The translations under genes were made by a program, and so were the position numbers. A stretch of DNA of 63,378 bases, filler included. It is 8 parts of 8 records of this genome, joined end to end, with 100 filler letters (N's around TTAATTAATTAA, not from the genome) between each part and the next. Parts side by side here need not be neighbours in the genome. Positions count along the whole stretch, not along the records: positions 16,647 to 25,928 come from SRR31156797_32103; positions 26,029 to 37,618 come from SRR31156797_32121; 6 more parts are not named here. One strand, written 5' to 3'. The notes beneath the pieces were generated by a model, which saw only the letters and a program-made list of their open reading frames with translations, did no database searches and was not told where the DNA came from. Position 1 is the stretch's first letter, and each line of letters opens with the position of its first letter. Positions 17,064 to 27,977 of this stretch are shown here, in pieces.

Positions 17064-19577
17064 ATGAAACCCTTTGGCCTCCCCATCGATGCTGTCCTGG
17101 ATGATTTACGGAGGGCGCTTCCGGAAAATCCGTGTGTGGTGCTGGAGGCGTTGCCGGGGGCCGGCAAGACCACCTGTATCCCCCTTGCCCTTAAGGATTC
17201 GCCATGGCTTGACGGCAAAAAGATCATGGTACTGGCACCCCGGCGGCTGGCTGCCAGGGCCGCGGCCATGCGCATGAGCCATTCTTTAAAAGAAACCGTG
17301 GGCCGAACGGTGGGTTATCGGGTCCGCATGGAGAGTCGGGTCAGCGCAGGAACCCGCATTGAAGTGGTCACCGAAGGGGTGCTGACCCGAATGCTGCAAA
17401 AGGATCCATCCCTTGAAAAGGTTGGATTGGTCATCTTTGATGAATTTCACGAACGCAGCCTGGATGCGGATCTGGGGCTGGCCCTCTGTCTGGAGATGCA
17501 GGGGATACTCAACCGGAATTTAAGGCTTCTGGTCATGTCCGCCACCCTTGACACGGGGCCCGTGGCGTCAATGATGAACCGTGCTCCGGTCATTACATGT
17601 CCGGGGAGGCTGTTTCCCGTGGAAACCCGGTATGTGGGCGACCATACGCCGACCTGGTCCGAGGATGCCCTTTACCGGGCGGTCCTCTCCGTTGTGCGTG
17701 AGAAGGTGGGCAGCATCCTGGTCTTTCTGCCCGGAGCGGGGGAGATCCGGAAAATTGAGCGGCGACTGAAGGGTGCCCGGCTGGGACCGGAATGGCGCAT
17801 CGCACCGCTTTTCGGCAATCTGAGCCGCAGGGAACAGGATCAGGCAATTCTGCCGCCCCCTGAAGGGTTCAAAAAGATTGTGCTGGCCACATCCATTGCG
17901 GAAACCAGTCTGACCATTCAAGGCATCCGGGTGGTGGTGGATGGCGGTCTGCAGCGGATGCCGCGGTTTGACCCTCGCAGCGGCCTCACGCGGCTGGTGA
18001 CAATCCCCGTGTCCCGTGCGTCGGCGGATCAACGGCGGGGCAGGGCGGGCCGGATTGGTCCCGGGGTGTGCCTGCGCCTCTGGTCCCGGCAGATGCATCC
18101 CACCCTTGCCACGGCTCATCGGCCTGAAATTCTTGAAGCGGATCTGGCGCCGCTGGTCCTGGAACTGGCCATCTGGGGCGTGGATGATCCCGAAACCCTC
18201 CATTGGCTCGATCCTCCGCCCGAAGGATCCTTTAAAGGGGCACGTGATTTGCTGAAAAGTTTAAAGGCCCTGGATCACCGTGGCAAAGTCACCCCTCAGG
18301 GTCGGCAAATGGCTGATCTGCCGGTCCATCCGAGACTGGCGCGCATGCTGATCGCAGCCAAATCCGCGGGGGAGGGGGGCGTTGCCTGTGATGTGGCGGC
18401 CCTGCTCGGCGAACGGGATGTGTTACGGTTTGAACCGGGTTGTTACGATGGGGACATGGGGCTTCGGGTGGAACTAATGGGTGCCGCACGGCAAAACCGG
18501 CCGCTTGCCTCTCCCGGGGCCGGCGTGGATAAAGGGGCCGTGACCCGTGCCATTGCCATTTCGGACCATTTGCGGCGACGTCTCGGCGTAAAAGAAGAAA
18601 ATGGCCGTACGGATGATCTGGGGCGGTTGCTGGCGTGGGCCTATCCGGATCGCATTGCACACCGTCGACCGGGTTTTAAGGGGAAGTTTCTGTTGAACAG
18701 CGGTGGTGGCGCTTTTCTGGATGAAGCCTCACCCCTTGGCCGTGAATCATTCCTGGTGGCGGCGGATCTGGATGGAAAACGTCGTGAAGCCAGGATTTAC
18801 AAGGCTGCACCGTACTCCATGGGCACCCTGATGGAACAGTTTCAAGACCGGCTGAAATGGTCCGAATCCATCACCTGGGACAGGGAGGGGGGCCGCGTAA
18901 AATCGGAGCGGCACTTGAACCTGGGCGCCATCACCCTTAAAAATAAACGTCTGGAGAAACCGGATTCGGAAAAGGTGCTGAACGTATTTCTCGAAGGCAT
19001 CAAAGATGCGGGGGTTCAGTGCCTGCCATGGAATAAGGAACTCCGCCGATGGCAGGGGCGTGTCTGTTTCCTGGAGAAGTTATTAAAAGATGAAGAACCC
19101 TGGCCCCATGTCTCCGATGAGGGGCTTGAATCGCGCTTGAAGCAATGGCTGGCCCCGTACCTTGTGAATATGGATCGGCTGACCGACCTGATCCGGGTGG
19201 ACCTAAAAGGGGCCCTTTTCAGTATCCTATCCTACCGGCAGCAAAAAACCCTTGATGCGGAGGCACCCACCCACATGACGGTTCCCAGCGGTTCACGCAT
19301 TCCCATCGACTATGCCGCCCCTAGCCCTGTGCTGGCTGTCCGCCTGCAAGAGGTATTCGGTCTTTCCAAAACCCCGACCATTGCCGGAGGGCGGCAACCT
19401 TTGTTGATTCATTTGCTTTCCCCGGCCGGTCGTCCGGTTCAGATCACCCGTGACCTGGCAGGTTTCTGGAAGACCGGATACCTTCAGGTGAAAAAGGAAC
19501 TCAAGGGAAGATACCCCAAACACTACTGGCCCGATGATCCATATAAGGCCCAAGCCACCGCTCGGGTCAGGCCATAA
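17064..19577 (+). CDS. hrpB: ATP-dependent RNA helicase HrpB
   Basis: GAGKTT, PRRLAAR, DEFHERS, MSATL, ATSIAETSLTI, QRRGRAGR and HrpB C-terminus (LLSPAGRPVQIT.DL..FW..YPKHYWPDDP). Start re-assigned to the ATG at 17064, just after the trkH stop. Confidence 0.95.
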   Translation: MKPFGLPIDAVLDDLRRALPENPCVVLEALPGAGKTTCIPLALKDSPWLDGKKIMVLAPRRLAARAAAMRMSHSLKETVGRTVGYRVRMESRVSAGTRIEVVTEGVLTRMLQKDPSLEKVGLVIFDEFHERSLDADLGLALCLEMQGILNRNLRLLVMSATLDTGPVASMMNRAPVITCPGRLFPVETRYVGDHTPTWSEDALYRAVLSVVREKVGSILVFLPGAGEIRKIERRLKGARLGPEWRIAPLFGNLSRREQDQAILPPPEGFKKIVLATSIAETSLTIQGIRVVVDGGLQRMPRFDPRSGLTRLVTIPVSRASADQRRGRAGRIGPGVCLRLWSRQMHPTLATAHRPEILEADLAPLVLELAIWGVDDPETLHWLDPPPEGSFKGARDLLKSLKALDHRGKVTPQGRQMADLPVHPRLARMLIAAKSAGEGGVACDVAALLGERDVLRFEPGCYDGDMGLRVELMGAARQNRPLASPGAGVDKGAVTRAIAISDHLRRRLGVKEENGRTDDLGRLLAWAYPDRIAHRRPGFKGKFLLNSGGGAFLDEASPLGRESFLVAADLDGKRREARIYKAAPYSMGTLMEQFQDRLKWSESITWDREGGRVKSERHLNLGAITLKNKRLEKPDSEKVLNVFLEGIKDAGVQCLPWNKELRRWQGRVCFLEKLLKDEEPWPHVSDEGLESRLKQWLAPYLVNMDRLTDLIRVDLKGALFSILSYRQQKTLDAEAPTHMTVPSGSRIPIDYAAPSPVLAVRLQEVFGLSKTPTIAGGRQPLLIHLLSPAGRPVQITRDLAGFWKTGYLQVKKELKGRYPKHYWPDDPYKAQATARVRP

Positions 19578-19660
19578 AGTATTGACGCGGTTTTCTGCAG
19601 ATGTCATTCTATTGAAACATTCGTTATGCTCTATAAGGGTCCGGACAGGCGCGAAGGGAG

Positions 19661-21382
19661 ATGTTTTTTATGAAGTTTTTAATGGGACAATTTGTCTACG
19701 TTTTTGGAAAAAGACAAGAGAGAAATGTCAGGATGTTAATGAAGTTTTTTTTCATCCTCATAACGATGATTACCCTCTACAGTGTTCTGTTTCACTTCCT
19801 GATGGTACTGGAAAACAGAGAATTCAGCTGGATTACAGGCTTTTATTGGACCCTTACGGTCATGTCCACACTCGGTTTCGGTGATATCACGTTCACCTCG
19901 GACTTGGGAAGGCTGTTCTGTATGGTTGTGCTCCTATCCGGTATCGTATTTCTCCTCATCATGCTTCCCTTTACCTTCATTCAATTCTTTTATGCACCAT
20001 GGCTTGAGGCCCAGACAAAAGCCAGGGCGCCTCGGGAATTGCCCGAGGACATTAAGGGGCATGTTATTCTGACAAACTACGATCCGATCACCATGAATCT
20101 TATCGACAGGCTGAGACAGTATCAGTATGAATATGTCATTGTCATGGAGGATATACAGAAAGCACTGGAGCTGATCGACCTGGGCTATAAGGTGGTAGCG
20201 GGTGAGCTGAGTGACCCGGAAACATACAGACGTCTCAGGGCCCGGAAAGCAGCCCTGGTGGTCGCCAATAGTAACGACATGATGAATACAAACATAGCCT
20301 TCACAATTCGGGAGATTTTTAAAGAAGTGCCCATCGTTGCAAATGCCGACCTGGATGACTCTGTGGACATTATACAACTGGCTGGAAGTAATTATGTCTT
20401 CAAATTCATGGAACTGCTGGGCCAGTCATTGTCAAGAAGAGTGCTCAGTACGAGCGCCAGGGCAAACGTCATTGGAAGTATCGACTCCCTTCTCATCTCT
20501 GAGGCCCCCGCCATGAGGACACCCCTAGTTGGTTATACACTCGTGCAAAGCAGGCTGCGGGAGACAACAGGCATTACGGTTGTGGGTGTTTGGGAAAGGG
20601 GCACCTTTGAAATACCCACTGCCGCAACAGTGATCAATTCCACGACCGTTCTTCTATTGGCCGGATCAGCGGAACAACTCAAGCGCTACGATGAACATTT
20701 CGGGGGTTATGAAAAATCCCCGGCACCGGTCCTTGTCCTGGGAGGCGGTCGGGTTGGCCGCGCTGCCGCAGAGGCGCTGGAAGAGGGGGGCATTGATTAT
20801 CGGATCATTGAGAAAAATAGGCGGCTCATCGAAGATGAGAGGTATATCCATGGAAGTGCTGCGGACATCAAAACACTGGAACGGGCAGGGATCAAGGAGG
20901 CACCATCGGTTATCATCACCACCCACGATGATCCCACAAATATCTACCTGACCATTTACTGCCGGAGGCTGCGACCCGACATCCAGATTATCAGCCGGGC
21001 CACCCTTGACAGAAGTATCTCAAAGCTGCACACGGCCGGGGCTGATCTGGTGATGTCATATGCTTCCCTGGCTGCCAATACGATTCTCAATCTTCTTAAA
21101 CCCGATGAAGTGTTGATGCTTGCCGAGGGGCTAAATGTATTCCGTGTTGGCGTGCATTCTTCTCTTGTGGGAAAATCCCTGGCTGAAAGCCGGATCCGCG
21201 TGCAAACAGGCTGCAGTGCCATCGCCATAAACCACGACGGGAAAATGGTTATCAATCCTGACCCCTCTGTTTGTTTCCGTGAGGGTGATGAACTCATTAT
21301 GATTGGCGCCGATGACGCGGAAAAACGGTTTTTCAAGATGTATGAGACTTCATTTTCAACCAATTCAGCGTCAAAGCCATGA
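19661..21382 (+). CDS. Two-TM potassium channel with tandem RCK (TrkA_N/TrkA_C) domains
   Basis: Pore sequence TVMSTLGFGDI between two TM helices, then two RCK units (second Rossmann GGGRVG). Confidence 0.85.
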   Translation: MFFMKFLMGQFVYVFGKRQERNVRMLMKFFFILITMITLYSVLFHFLMVLENREFSWITGFYWTLTVMSTLGFGDITFTSDLGRLFCMVVLLSGIVFLLIMLPFTFIQFFYAPWLEAQTKARAPRELPEDIKGHVILTNYDPITMNLIDRLRQYQYEYVIVMEDIQKALELIDLGYKVVAGELSDPETYRRLRARKAALVVANSNDMMNTNIAFTIREIFKEVPIVANADLDDSVDIIQLAGSNYVFKFMELLGQSLSRRVLSTSARANVIGSIDSLLISEAPAMRTPLVGYTLVQSRLRETTGITVVGVWERGTFEIPTAATVINSTTVLLLAGSAEQLKRYDEHFGGYEKSPAPVLVLGGGRVGRAAAEALEEGGIDYRIIEKNRRLIEDERYIHGSAADIKTLERAGIKEAPSVIITTHDDPTNIYLTIYCRRLRPDIQIISRATLDRSISKLHTAGADLVMSYASLAANTILNLLKPDEVLMLAEGLNVFRVGVHSSLVGKSLAESRIRVQTGCSAIAINHDGKMVINPDPSVCFREGDELIMIGADDAEKRFFKMYETSFSTNSASKP

Positions 21383-23232
21383 AGATTCCCTTTTCAATCA
21401 CCTTCAAGCTTCTCTTTTTTATTCTCCCCCTTGTTTGTCTTCCCGCAATCATTGTGGGGTATCTTTCATATCATACCTCCATTGACAGTGTTACGGTTCT
21501 TTCCAGGGAACAGCAACTTTTACAGGCAAAAACCGTTGCAGCTCAAATCAACGGCATCTTTCAAACCTGTTTCATGGATTTGAAATTGATGGCGCAACTT
21601 CTCGTTGTGGAAAAGGTTGGGTGTCACAAATGGATGAATCCCGTCCAAAATGGAGCAGACAGAAAAGCGATCATCGAAAGGATCCTCAAAGAGTTTCTGT
21701 TGAGATCGCCCTATTATAAATGCATTTCCATTATCAACTCGGACGGGGTGGATTTGTTAAGGGTATCTCGAAACCCCATGGGTAAACCGTCCTTTAAAAA
21801 GCTGTATAAACCCAACACCTTGACCCATCATATAAAACAGGGGACCTCTATTTCGGAGGTGTTACGGGACCCTTTAAAGGACGGCTACCTAATCTATTTT
21901 TCCCGGGCCGTTCAATGTGACAGGGGGGATGCCGTGGTGGAAGTGGTGATCGCTTTTGACTACAAAAAGGCGCTTGAATTGGTCCGGTCCGTGATCATCG
22001 GGGTTGAGGGGTATGCGTTCATGGTGGATCATCTGGGCCGTACCGTTGCCCATCCCCGGTTTGCGCCTTACACCTACAATCTGTCCAAATATTCCGATCA
22101 TCGCCTTCGGGAATTCGTGGTGGATATGATGTGTGGTGAAACCGGTTGGAAGCGGTATCAATACCTGGGTGAAAAAGCGGCGGCCTTCGCACCCATTCCG
22201 GCCATGGGTTGGAGCCTGGCGGTGAGTATTCCCATTGAAGAATTCAAGCAGGAAGCAAAAACCCTCAGAAAACGGGTGCTTGAGGTGGTGATCATCACAT
22301 TGATGTTCGCGGGATTGGTTGTGGTGATACTCTCTTACCATCTGTTGAGACCCGTAAAAAGATTGGCCGTTGCAACGGAACGGATAGCCCATGGCGATCT
22401 GGAACAGGCGATTCCGGTCCGTTCATTGGATGAAATGGGGATGTTGACCCGTTCCTTCAATCGAATGGTGGAGAACCTGAAAACAACGCGGGACGAACTG
22501 GTGAAATCGGAGAAACTGATCGCCATGGGGAAACTCTCGGCGGGCGTTGCCCATGAGATCCGCAACCCCTTAAATGCCATGAAAGGGGCCATTGTCTATC
22601 TTAGGCGGAGACGGTCCAAAGATCCGTTAATCCTGGAATATACTTTACTCATTGAAGAAGAGCTGGCGCGGTTGAACCGTTTTGTAACGGAATTTCTCGC
22701 TTATGCGCGGCAGCCGCCCCTCAATCTGAGACCTCTGAATCTTAATGCGCTCATCGGGAAAGCCGTCACCCTTTTCGAGGAGAGGCTGCGGGAGAGCAAA
22801 ATCGTCCTGGTACAAGACCTCGACCCCCATTTGCCGCTGCTCCCTCTGGATGCCAACCAGATGGGGCAGGTGATCGCAAATCTCTTGATCAATGCCATGG
22901 ATGCCATGCCGGATGGCGGGAATCTTGAGATCCATACCGATGTTTTGAGGGATGCGGACGAATCCCGGCATTCTTCCACACGCGTCCTCATGATGATGAG
23001 GGATCACGGATTGGGAATTCCCCGGGAGGACCTTGATAAAATATTTGACCCGTTTTTCAGCACCAAGGAGAGCGGCGTGGGGCTGGGGCTCCCCATCAGC
23101 TTGAGAATCGTTGAAAACCATGGTGGCACCTTGCGGATTCAGAGTCGTGAAGGGAAGGGAACCACCCTCATGTTGGAACTGACCTCATTCCAGGAAGGAG
23201 ATCATGAAAAAAAAGATTCTGATCGTGGATGA
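21379..23232 (+). CDS. Sensor histidine kinase (Cache-like periplasmic domain, HAMP, HisKA, HATPase)
   Basis: Two TMs, HAMP (DEMGMLTRSFNRM), H-box AHEIRNPL, N-box NLLINAMDAM, DHGLG, FFSTK, GLGL. Confidence 0.92.
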   Translation: MKIPFSITFKLLFFILPLVCLPAIIVGYLSYHTSIDSVTVLSREQQLLQAKTVAAQINGIFQTCFMDLKLMAQLLVVEKVGCHKWMNPVQNGADRKAIIERILKEFLLRSPYYKCISIINSDGVDLLRVSRNPMGKPSFKKLYKPNTLTHHIKQGTSISEVLRDPLKDGYLIYFSRAVQCDRGDAVVEVVIAFDYKKALELVRSVIIGVEGYAFMVDHLGRTVAHPRFAPYTYNLSKYSDHRLREFVVDMMCGETGWKRYQYLGEKAAAFAPIPAMGWSLAVSIPIEEFKQEAKTLRKRVLEVVIITLMFAGLVVVILSYHLLRPVKRLAVATERIAHGDLEQAIPVRSLDEMGMLTRSFNRMVENLKTTRDELVKSEKLIAMGKLSAGVAHEIRNPLNAMKGAIVYLRRRRSKDPLILEYTLLIEEELARLNRFVTEFLAYARQPPLNLRPLNLNALIGKAVTLFEERLRESKIVLVQDLDPHLPLLPLDANQMGQVIANLLINAMDAMPDGGNLEIHTDVLRDADESRHSSTRVLMMMRDHGLGIPREDLDKIFDPFFSTKESGVGLGLPISLRIVENHGGTLRIQSREGKGTTLMLELTSFQEGDHEKKDSDRG

Positions 23233-24580
23233 CAATGCCAATACGGTTAAAGTCATCGGTGCGATCCTTGAAGATGACGGTTATGGCATCATGAAGGCGG
23301 GAAATGCTGAAGAAGCCTTGGGTATTTTTAAAAAATCGAGGGATACGGATGCCATTCTGGCGGATCTTAAAATGCCCGGAAAGGACGGCCTGTGGCTGTT
23401 TCGCCAGGCGAGGAGAATCGAAAAAAATGTCCCTTTCGTGATCATGACGGGCCATGGCACCATCGAGTCGGCTGTTCGGGCCATGAAGGACGGCGTGACC
23501 AACTATCTGATCAAACCATTGAATTACGAAGAGTTAAGCGTGGTTTTGGAACGGGCCGTCAGGGAGAGACAGATCACCCTTGAACTGGCAGATTTGCGTC
23601 AAAAAGTCAAGGCGGGAGAATCTTTTCAAAACATCATCGGTATCAGCAAGGTGATGCGGAACGTTTTTGAAACCCTGCGCACCGTTGCGCCCACGGATGC
23701 CCCCATCCTGATTCAGGGGGAAACCGGCACGGGAAAGGAACTATTGGCAAAAGCCATCCATTCCTTGAGCAAGCGGGAAGACCGGAATCTGGTGTGCATC
23801 AATTCCGCGGCACTCACGGAAACGCTTCTTGAGGCGGAACTCTTCGGTTATGTTAAAGGCGCCTTTACCGGTGCGGTGGCCAATAAAAAAGGGAGGCTTG
23901 AGTTTTCCCACGGCGGTAGCCTCTTTTTGGACGAAATAGCCCATATGTCTCTGAAACTCCAATCGAAACTTCTCCGCTTCCTGCAAGATGGCGTCTTTGA
24001 ACCGGTGGGGAGTGTGGAGAGCCGGAAAGTGGATGTTCGGATTATCTCCGCCAGTAACCGGAATCTTCAGGAACAGATCGGGCAAGGAGAATTTCTGAAG
24101 GATCTTTATTATCGCCTTGAGGTGATTTCCATTACCATGCCGCCCCTTCGGGAACGAAGAGACGACATCCCCCTTCTGGCGGATCACTTTATTAAACGGT
24201 ATGCCGGACAGTACGAAAAGTCGGTCACCGGTATACGAACCGAGGCTCTGGATGCTTTGATGCGCCATTCCTGGCCTGGAAATGTCAGGGAGTTGGAAAA
24301 CTGTCTGGCCCGCGGGGTTATTCTTTCAAAGGGAGATAAAATCGGTCTGGAAAATCTTCCCGAAAAAATCAAGGTCAAGGCAGGGCCTTTGGCGCCCTCA
24401 AAGGGAGAGTGCATCATAGGGGAGATCCCCGCAAAAGGGATCACAATCAAGGAGATGGAACAGGAATTGATTGAAAAGACCCTTGAAAAATGCAATGGAA
24501 ACAAAAGCTTGACGGCTGATTTTTTGGGGATAAGCCGAAAGGCACTGTATGAAAAGATCCGCCGTTACAAAATGGGTTGA
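23204..24580 (+). CDS. Sigma-54-dependent response regulator (NtrC/AtoC family)
   Basis: REC (IVDD, DLKMP), GETGTGKE, GAFTGA, FLDEI, WPGNVRELEN, C-terminal HTH. Confidence 0.95.
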   Translation: MKKKILIVDDNANTVKVIGAILEDDGYGIMKAGNAEEALGIFKKSRDTDAILADLKMPGKDGLWLFRQARRIEKNVPFVIMTGHGTIESAVRAMKDGVTNYLIKPLNYEELSVVLERAVRERQITLELADLRQKVKAGESFQNIIGISKVMRNVFETLRTVAPTDAPILIQGETGTGKELLAKAIHSLSKREDRNLVCINSAALTETLLEAELFGYVKGAFTGAVANKKGRLEFSHGGSLFLDEIAHMSLKLQSKLLRFLQDGVFEPVGSVESRKVDVRIISASNRNLQEQIGQGEFLKDLYYRLEVISITMPPLRERRDDIPLLADHFIKRYAGQYEKSVTGIRTEALDALMRHSWPGNVRELENCLARGVILSKGDKIGLENLPEKIKVKAGPLAPSKGECIIGEIPAKGITIKEMEQELIEKTLEKCNGNKSLTADFLGISRKALYEKIRRYKMG

Positions 24581-24614
24581 ATCGTTTCCTTTCCATACAA
24601 CTTTCCTGCCGTCA

Positions 24615-24631
24615 TGTTACCAAAAGCAACA
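24615..24631. promoter_or_regulatory. Candidate enhancer (UAS) for a sigma-54 activator
   Basis: Dyad TGTTACCAAAAGCAACA (TGT-N11-ACA) about 80-95 bp upstream of the -24 element. Confidence 0.5.
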
Positions 24632-24707
24632 GGCCCATCATTCCCCTTTTTACCGATTTTTCTTAAAAATACAGTTATTTCAATTGTTTTTTTCGAATTA
24701 TCCGTTT

Positions 24708-24724
24708 TCGGCATGGTGTTTGCT
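24708..24724 (+). promoter_or_regulatory. Sigma-54 promoter of the liv-type ABC operon
   Basis: TCGGCATGGTGTTTGCT with GG-N10-GC spacing, about 45 nt before livG and just downstream of a sigma-54 activator gene. Confidence 0.7.
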
Positions 24725-24768
24725 TTTGTTTTGCCCATTCTGCTTTTTTTTAACCTGGGGCACAAAAC

Positions 24769-25506
24769 TTGGATAAAACCGGCGTTGTTTTCAGTCTCGA
24801 TAGGATCCGGAAAAGCTTCGGGGGGTTGCTGGCCCTGGACAATGTCAGCCTTGACCTGAAAAGCCGGGAAATCATCGGGATCTTAGGACCCAATGGCGCC
24901 GGAAAATCGACCCTGTTCAACGTTATCACGTGCATCATCAAACCGGATGCCGGCGATGTCTACCTGGAAGGCAAACGGATCACCGGCAGAAGCCCCCATG
25001 CCGTCTGCCGGATGGGAATCTCCCGCACCTTTCAACTGGTCAGGTCTTTTCTGAGCATGACGGCCCTGGAAAATGTGTTGGTGGGTTCCATATACGGCAG
25101 CCGGTTGCGGGGCAAAAAGGCTCTTAGCAATTCACTGGAAGCCCTGGAGCTGGTGGGTCTCACCCATAAAAAAGATTTGACCACCGCTCATATGACCCTG
25201 TCCGACCGGCGACTCCTTGAAGTGGCCCGGGCATTGGCCTCACATCCCCGGGTGACCCTTTTGGATGAGCCCATGGCCGGTCTGAATCCCACTGAAATCA
25301 TGACCATGCTGGACGTCATCAACAAAGCCAGGGAGGAAAGGGGTGTGGCCATCTTGTGGGTTGAACACAAGGTGGATGCCATCTTTCATTTGTGTGATCG
25401 AATAATGGTCCTGGAATACGGCCGGAAAATTGCTGAAGGAAGTCCCGAGGAAATTGCCAAAAACGAGATCGTCATAGAGGCTTATCTTGGTGAAACACCT
25501 GCTTGA
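24769..25506 (+). CDS. livG: Branched-chain amino acid-type ABC transporter ATPase (LivG-like)
   Basis: FGGLLAL, GPNGAGKST, ISRTFQ, LLDEPMAGL, VIEAYLG. Confidence 0.85.
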   Translation: MDKTGVVFSLDRIRKSFGGLLALDNVSLDLKSREIIGILGPNGAGKSTLFNVITCIIKPDAGDVYLEGKRITGRSPHAVCRMGISRTFQLVRSFLSMTALENVLVGSIYGSRLRGKKALSNSLEALELVGLTHKKDLTTAHMTLSDRRLLEVARALASHPRVTLLDEPMAGLNPTEIMTMLDVINKAREERGVAILWVEHKVDAIFHLCDRIMVLEYGRKIAEGSPEEIAKNEIVIEAYLGETPA

Positions 25507-25928
25507 AGCTGCAAATGTGGATATTTTTTATGGAGATGCACAGGCCGTCTGGGACGTCTCTTTTTTCGTGGATGAAAAACAGATCGTTGCCCTGGTGGGC
25601 GCAAACGGCGCCGGTAAAAGCACGCTTCTGGACGCCGTTTCCTGTGTGATCCGCCCGAGAAAGGGAAAAATTGCCTTTCAGGGAAAATCCATGAACCATG
25701 TTAAGCCCGAGGAGGTGGCGGATCTGGGCATCAGTCATGTGCCGGAAGGCCGGGGGCTCTTTTCCCGAATGACCGTATTGGAGAATCTGGAGTTGGGCGG
25801 ATTCCCCAAACGGACACGTCCCTTTTTTGAAACCTCCCTTTCCCGTGCTTTTAAACTCTTTCCCGTTCTCAAAAAACGGATTCATCAACAGGCAGGATCC
25901 CTCAGCGGCGGGGAGCAGCAGATGCTGG
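25490..25928 (+). CDS. livF: Branched-chain amino acid-type ABC transporter ATPase (LivF-like), 3' truncated
   Basis: GANGAGKST, HVPEGRGLF..MTVLENLELG, LSGGEQQML. Confidence 0.85.
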
Positions 25929-26028
25929 NNNNNNNNNNNNNNNNNNNNNNNNNNNNNNNNNNNNNNNNNNNNTTAATTAATTAANNNNNNNNNNNNNNNN
26001 NNNNNNNNNNNNNNNNNNNNNNNNNNNN
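25929..26028. other. Artificial contig spacer
   Basis: N-run with TTAATTAATTAA. Confidence 0.98.
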
Positions 26029-26553
26029 TCCGTTTCAGTTCTTTTTGTTGTATATGATGCCCAATGATTTGGAGGTTCCTGGCTAAAACAGATAAACTGA
26101 CATATCGTTTAAAACCTAGAATACCATGATCAGGACATCGATCTAACCCATGGCTTTCCAATGCATTAATAGCCGATTCTACTGCTGAATGCTTTCGTTT
26201 GGTCTGCACAAAAATTTTAATTGATAATCAAGTCATCCCTTTGAGCCTTTTTGTCTTTATCCTTTGAGGTGGAATACTTTAATTGCTGAACCTTGCGATA
26301 AAGCTTTTTGAAGTATCTGATATTATGAGCGGGTTGCCGCCATGCGGTCATTTTTTGTTTGTCCATCAAACCATGAGAGCATCTGCCGTATGATATTGTG
26401 ATTATGCACAATGTCCTGGAGCTTGTCATAATCCCAGTTGCAATTGGGGCGAATGGTGCCCATCACTAGAATTTTCCATAATTCCATTCCCGGGTGGCCT
26501 TTTTTTGAAATAACATGGTCGGGAATCATTGTTTAAAGGATATCGAAAACTTT
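26029..26553 (-). pseudogene. Degraded, internally deleted transposase (ISNCY/IS5-like)
   Basis: Fragments in different frames: GHPGMELWKILVMGTIRPNCNWDYDKLQD (N-terminal), AHNIRYFKKLYRK, and KRKHSAVESAINALESHGLDRCPDHG..FKRYV (C-terminal). In-frame stop near the start; far shorter than a full transposase. Family call from recall. Confidence 0.75.
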
Positions 26554-26690
26554 TAGGCGAAGCTCTTTCACACGATAAATGTGTTGCAAGCCTAAAAGGA
26601 GCTTTGGGATTTTCATCTATAATGCCCAGAAAGGCTTTTAAATAGGGCAATCCGAATTTTCGGTCAACCACTACATAAGGAAATATTGAT

Positions 26691-27977
26691 ATGTCAAATC
26701 TGGCACTATTGGGAGGCGATCCCCTTAGGAGCAAACCTTACCCAGAATATAATACTATTGGTATCGAAGAAAAGAATGCCGCAATGAAAGTATTAGACAG
26801 TGGTATGCTCTCAGGTTATCTTGGCTCATGGTCATCTGAATTTTATGGGGGCCCATGGGTTCAAAAGTTAGAGAGGCAATGGGAAGCTCATTTTAATGTT
26901 TCACATGCTATAAGTGTTAACTCTGCAACATCTGCGCTTACAATTGCTGTTGGAGCATTAGGTATAGGTCCAGGAGATGAGGTAATTGTATCACCATATA
27001 CTATGAGTGCTTCTGTTAGTTGTGTTTTAATGTTTAATGCCATACCCGTTTTCGCTGATATTTCACCCGATACGTTTTGCTTAACACCTGATTCGATAAG
27101 AGAAAAAATAACAAAACGTACAAAAGCAATTATAGTTGTTGATTTATTCGGGCATCCTTTTGAAGTAGATACAATAATGGCTATTGCAAAAGAGTATAAC
27201 CTGAAAGTCATTGAAGATGCGGCTCAAGCCTACGGAGCAAAATATCATGGGCGACCAGCTGGTACGCTTGCAGATATTGGGGTTTTTAGTCTTAACGTGC
27301 ATAAAACTATAAATTGTGGCGAAGGAGGAATTTGTGTCACGGATGATAAAATCGTTGCCGAAAAAATGCAATTGATAAGAAATCATGGCGAAGAAGTTGT
27401 AAAACTCAAGGGTACTCAAAATATAACCAACATAATTGGTCAAAATTATAGGATGTGTGAAATTGAAGCAGCTATTTCTAGTGAACAGCTCAAAAAAGTT
27501 GATAAATTCGTTACAGACCGAATAAAAAATGCCGAATATTTAAGCAAGCATTTAAAGAACTTCCCTGGAATAACTCCACCATTTGTCAGTAAGGGCGCAA
27601 TACACGGATATTATGGATATCCTATTCGATTTAATAAGGACAAAGTGGGGATCTCCAGAACTTTATTTGCAAAAGCGCTGACCGCTGAAGGTGTAATGAT
27701 AGGGACAGAATATGTTGAACCAATCTATCTACAACCCCTCTTTCAAAAACAAATAGCCTACGGAACAAAGGGGTGCCCTTTTACGTGCAGTTATTACACA
27801 GGTGATAATTTAAACTATACCGATGGGCTTTGCCCTGTTACCGAACGTATGCACTATGAAGAATGGATGGGATTACAACCCATACATCAGGGGCTTTCTA
27901 TTAATGATTTAGATGATATAGTTACATCGTTTGATAAAGTTTTTAGTAATATCGAACTATTGCGTAATTTAAACTGA
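26691..27977 (+). CDS. DegT/DnrJ/EryC1/StrS family sugar aminotransferase
   Basis: VNSATSAL, GDEVIV, IEDAAQA, FSLNVHKTINCGEGG (PLP Lys), NYRM. Confidence 0.92.
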   Translation: MSNLALLGGDPLRSKPYPEYNTIGIEEKNAAMKVLDSGMLSGYLGSWSSEFYGGPWVQKLERQWEAHFNVSHAISVNSATSALTIAVGALGIGPGDEVIVSPYTMSASVSCVLMFNAIPVFADISPDTFCLTPDSIREKITKRTKAIIVVDLFGHPFEVDTIMAIAKEYNLKVIEDAAQAYGAKYHGRPAGTLADIGVFSLNVHKTINCGEGGICVTDDKIVAEKMQLIRNHGEEVVKLKGTQNITNIIGQNYRMCEIEAAISSEQLKKVDKFVTDRIKNAEYLSKHLKNFPGITPPFVSKGAIHGYYGYPIRFNKDKVGISRTLFAKALTAEGVMIGTEYVEPIYLQPLFQKQIAYGTKGCPFTCSYYTGDNLNYTDGLCPVTERMHYEEWMGLQPIHQGLSINDLDDIVTSFDKVFSNIELLRNLN

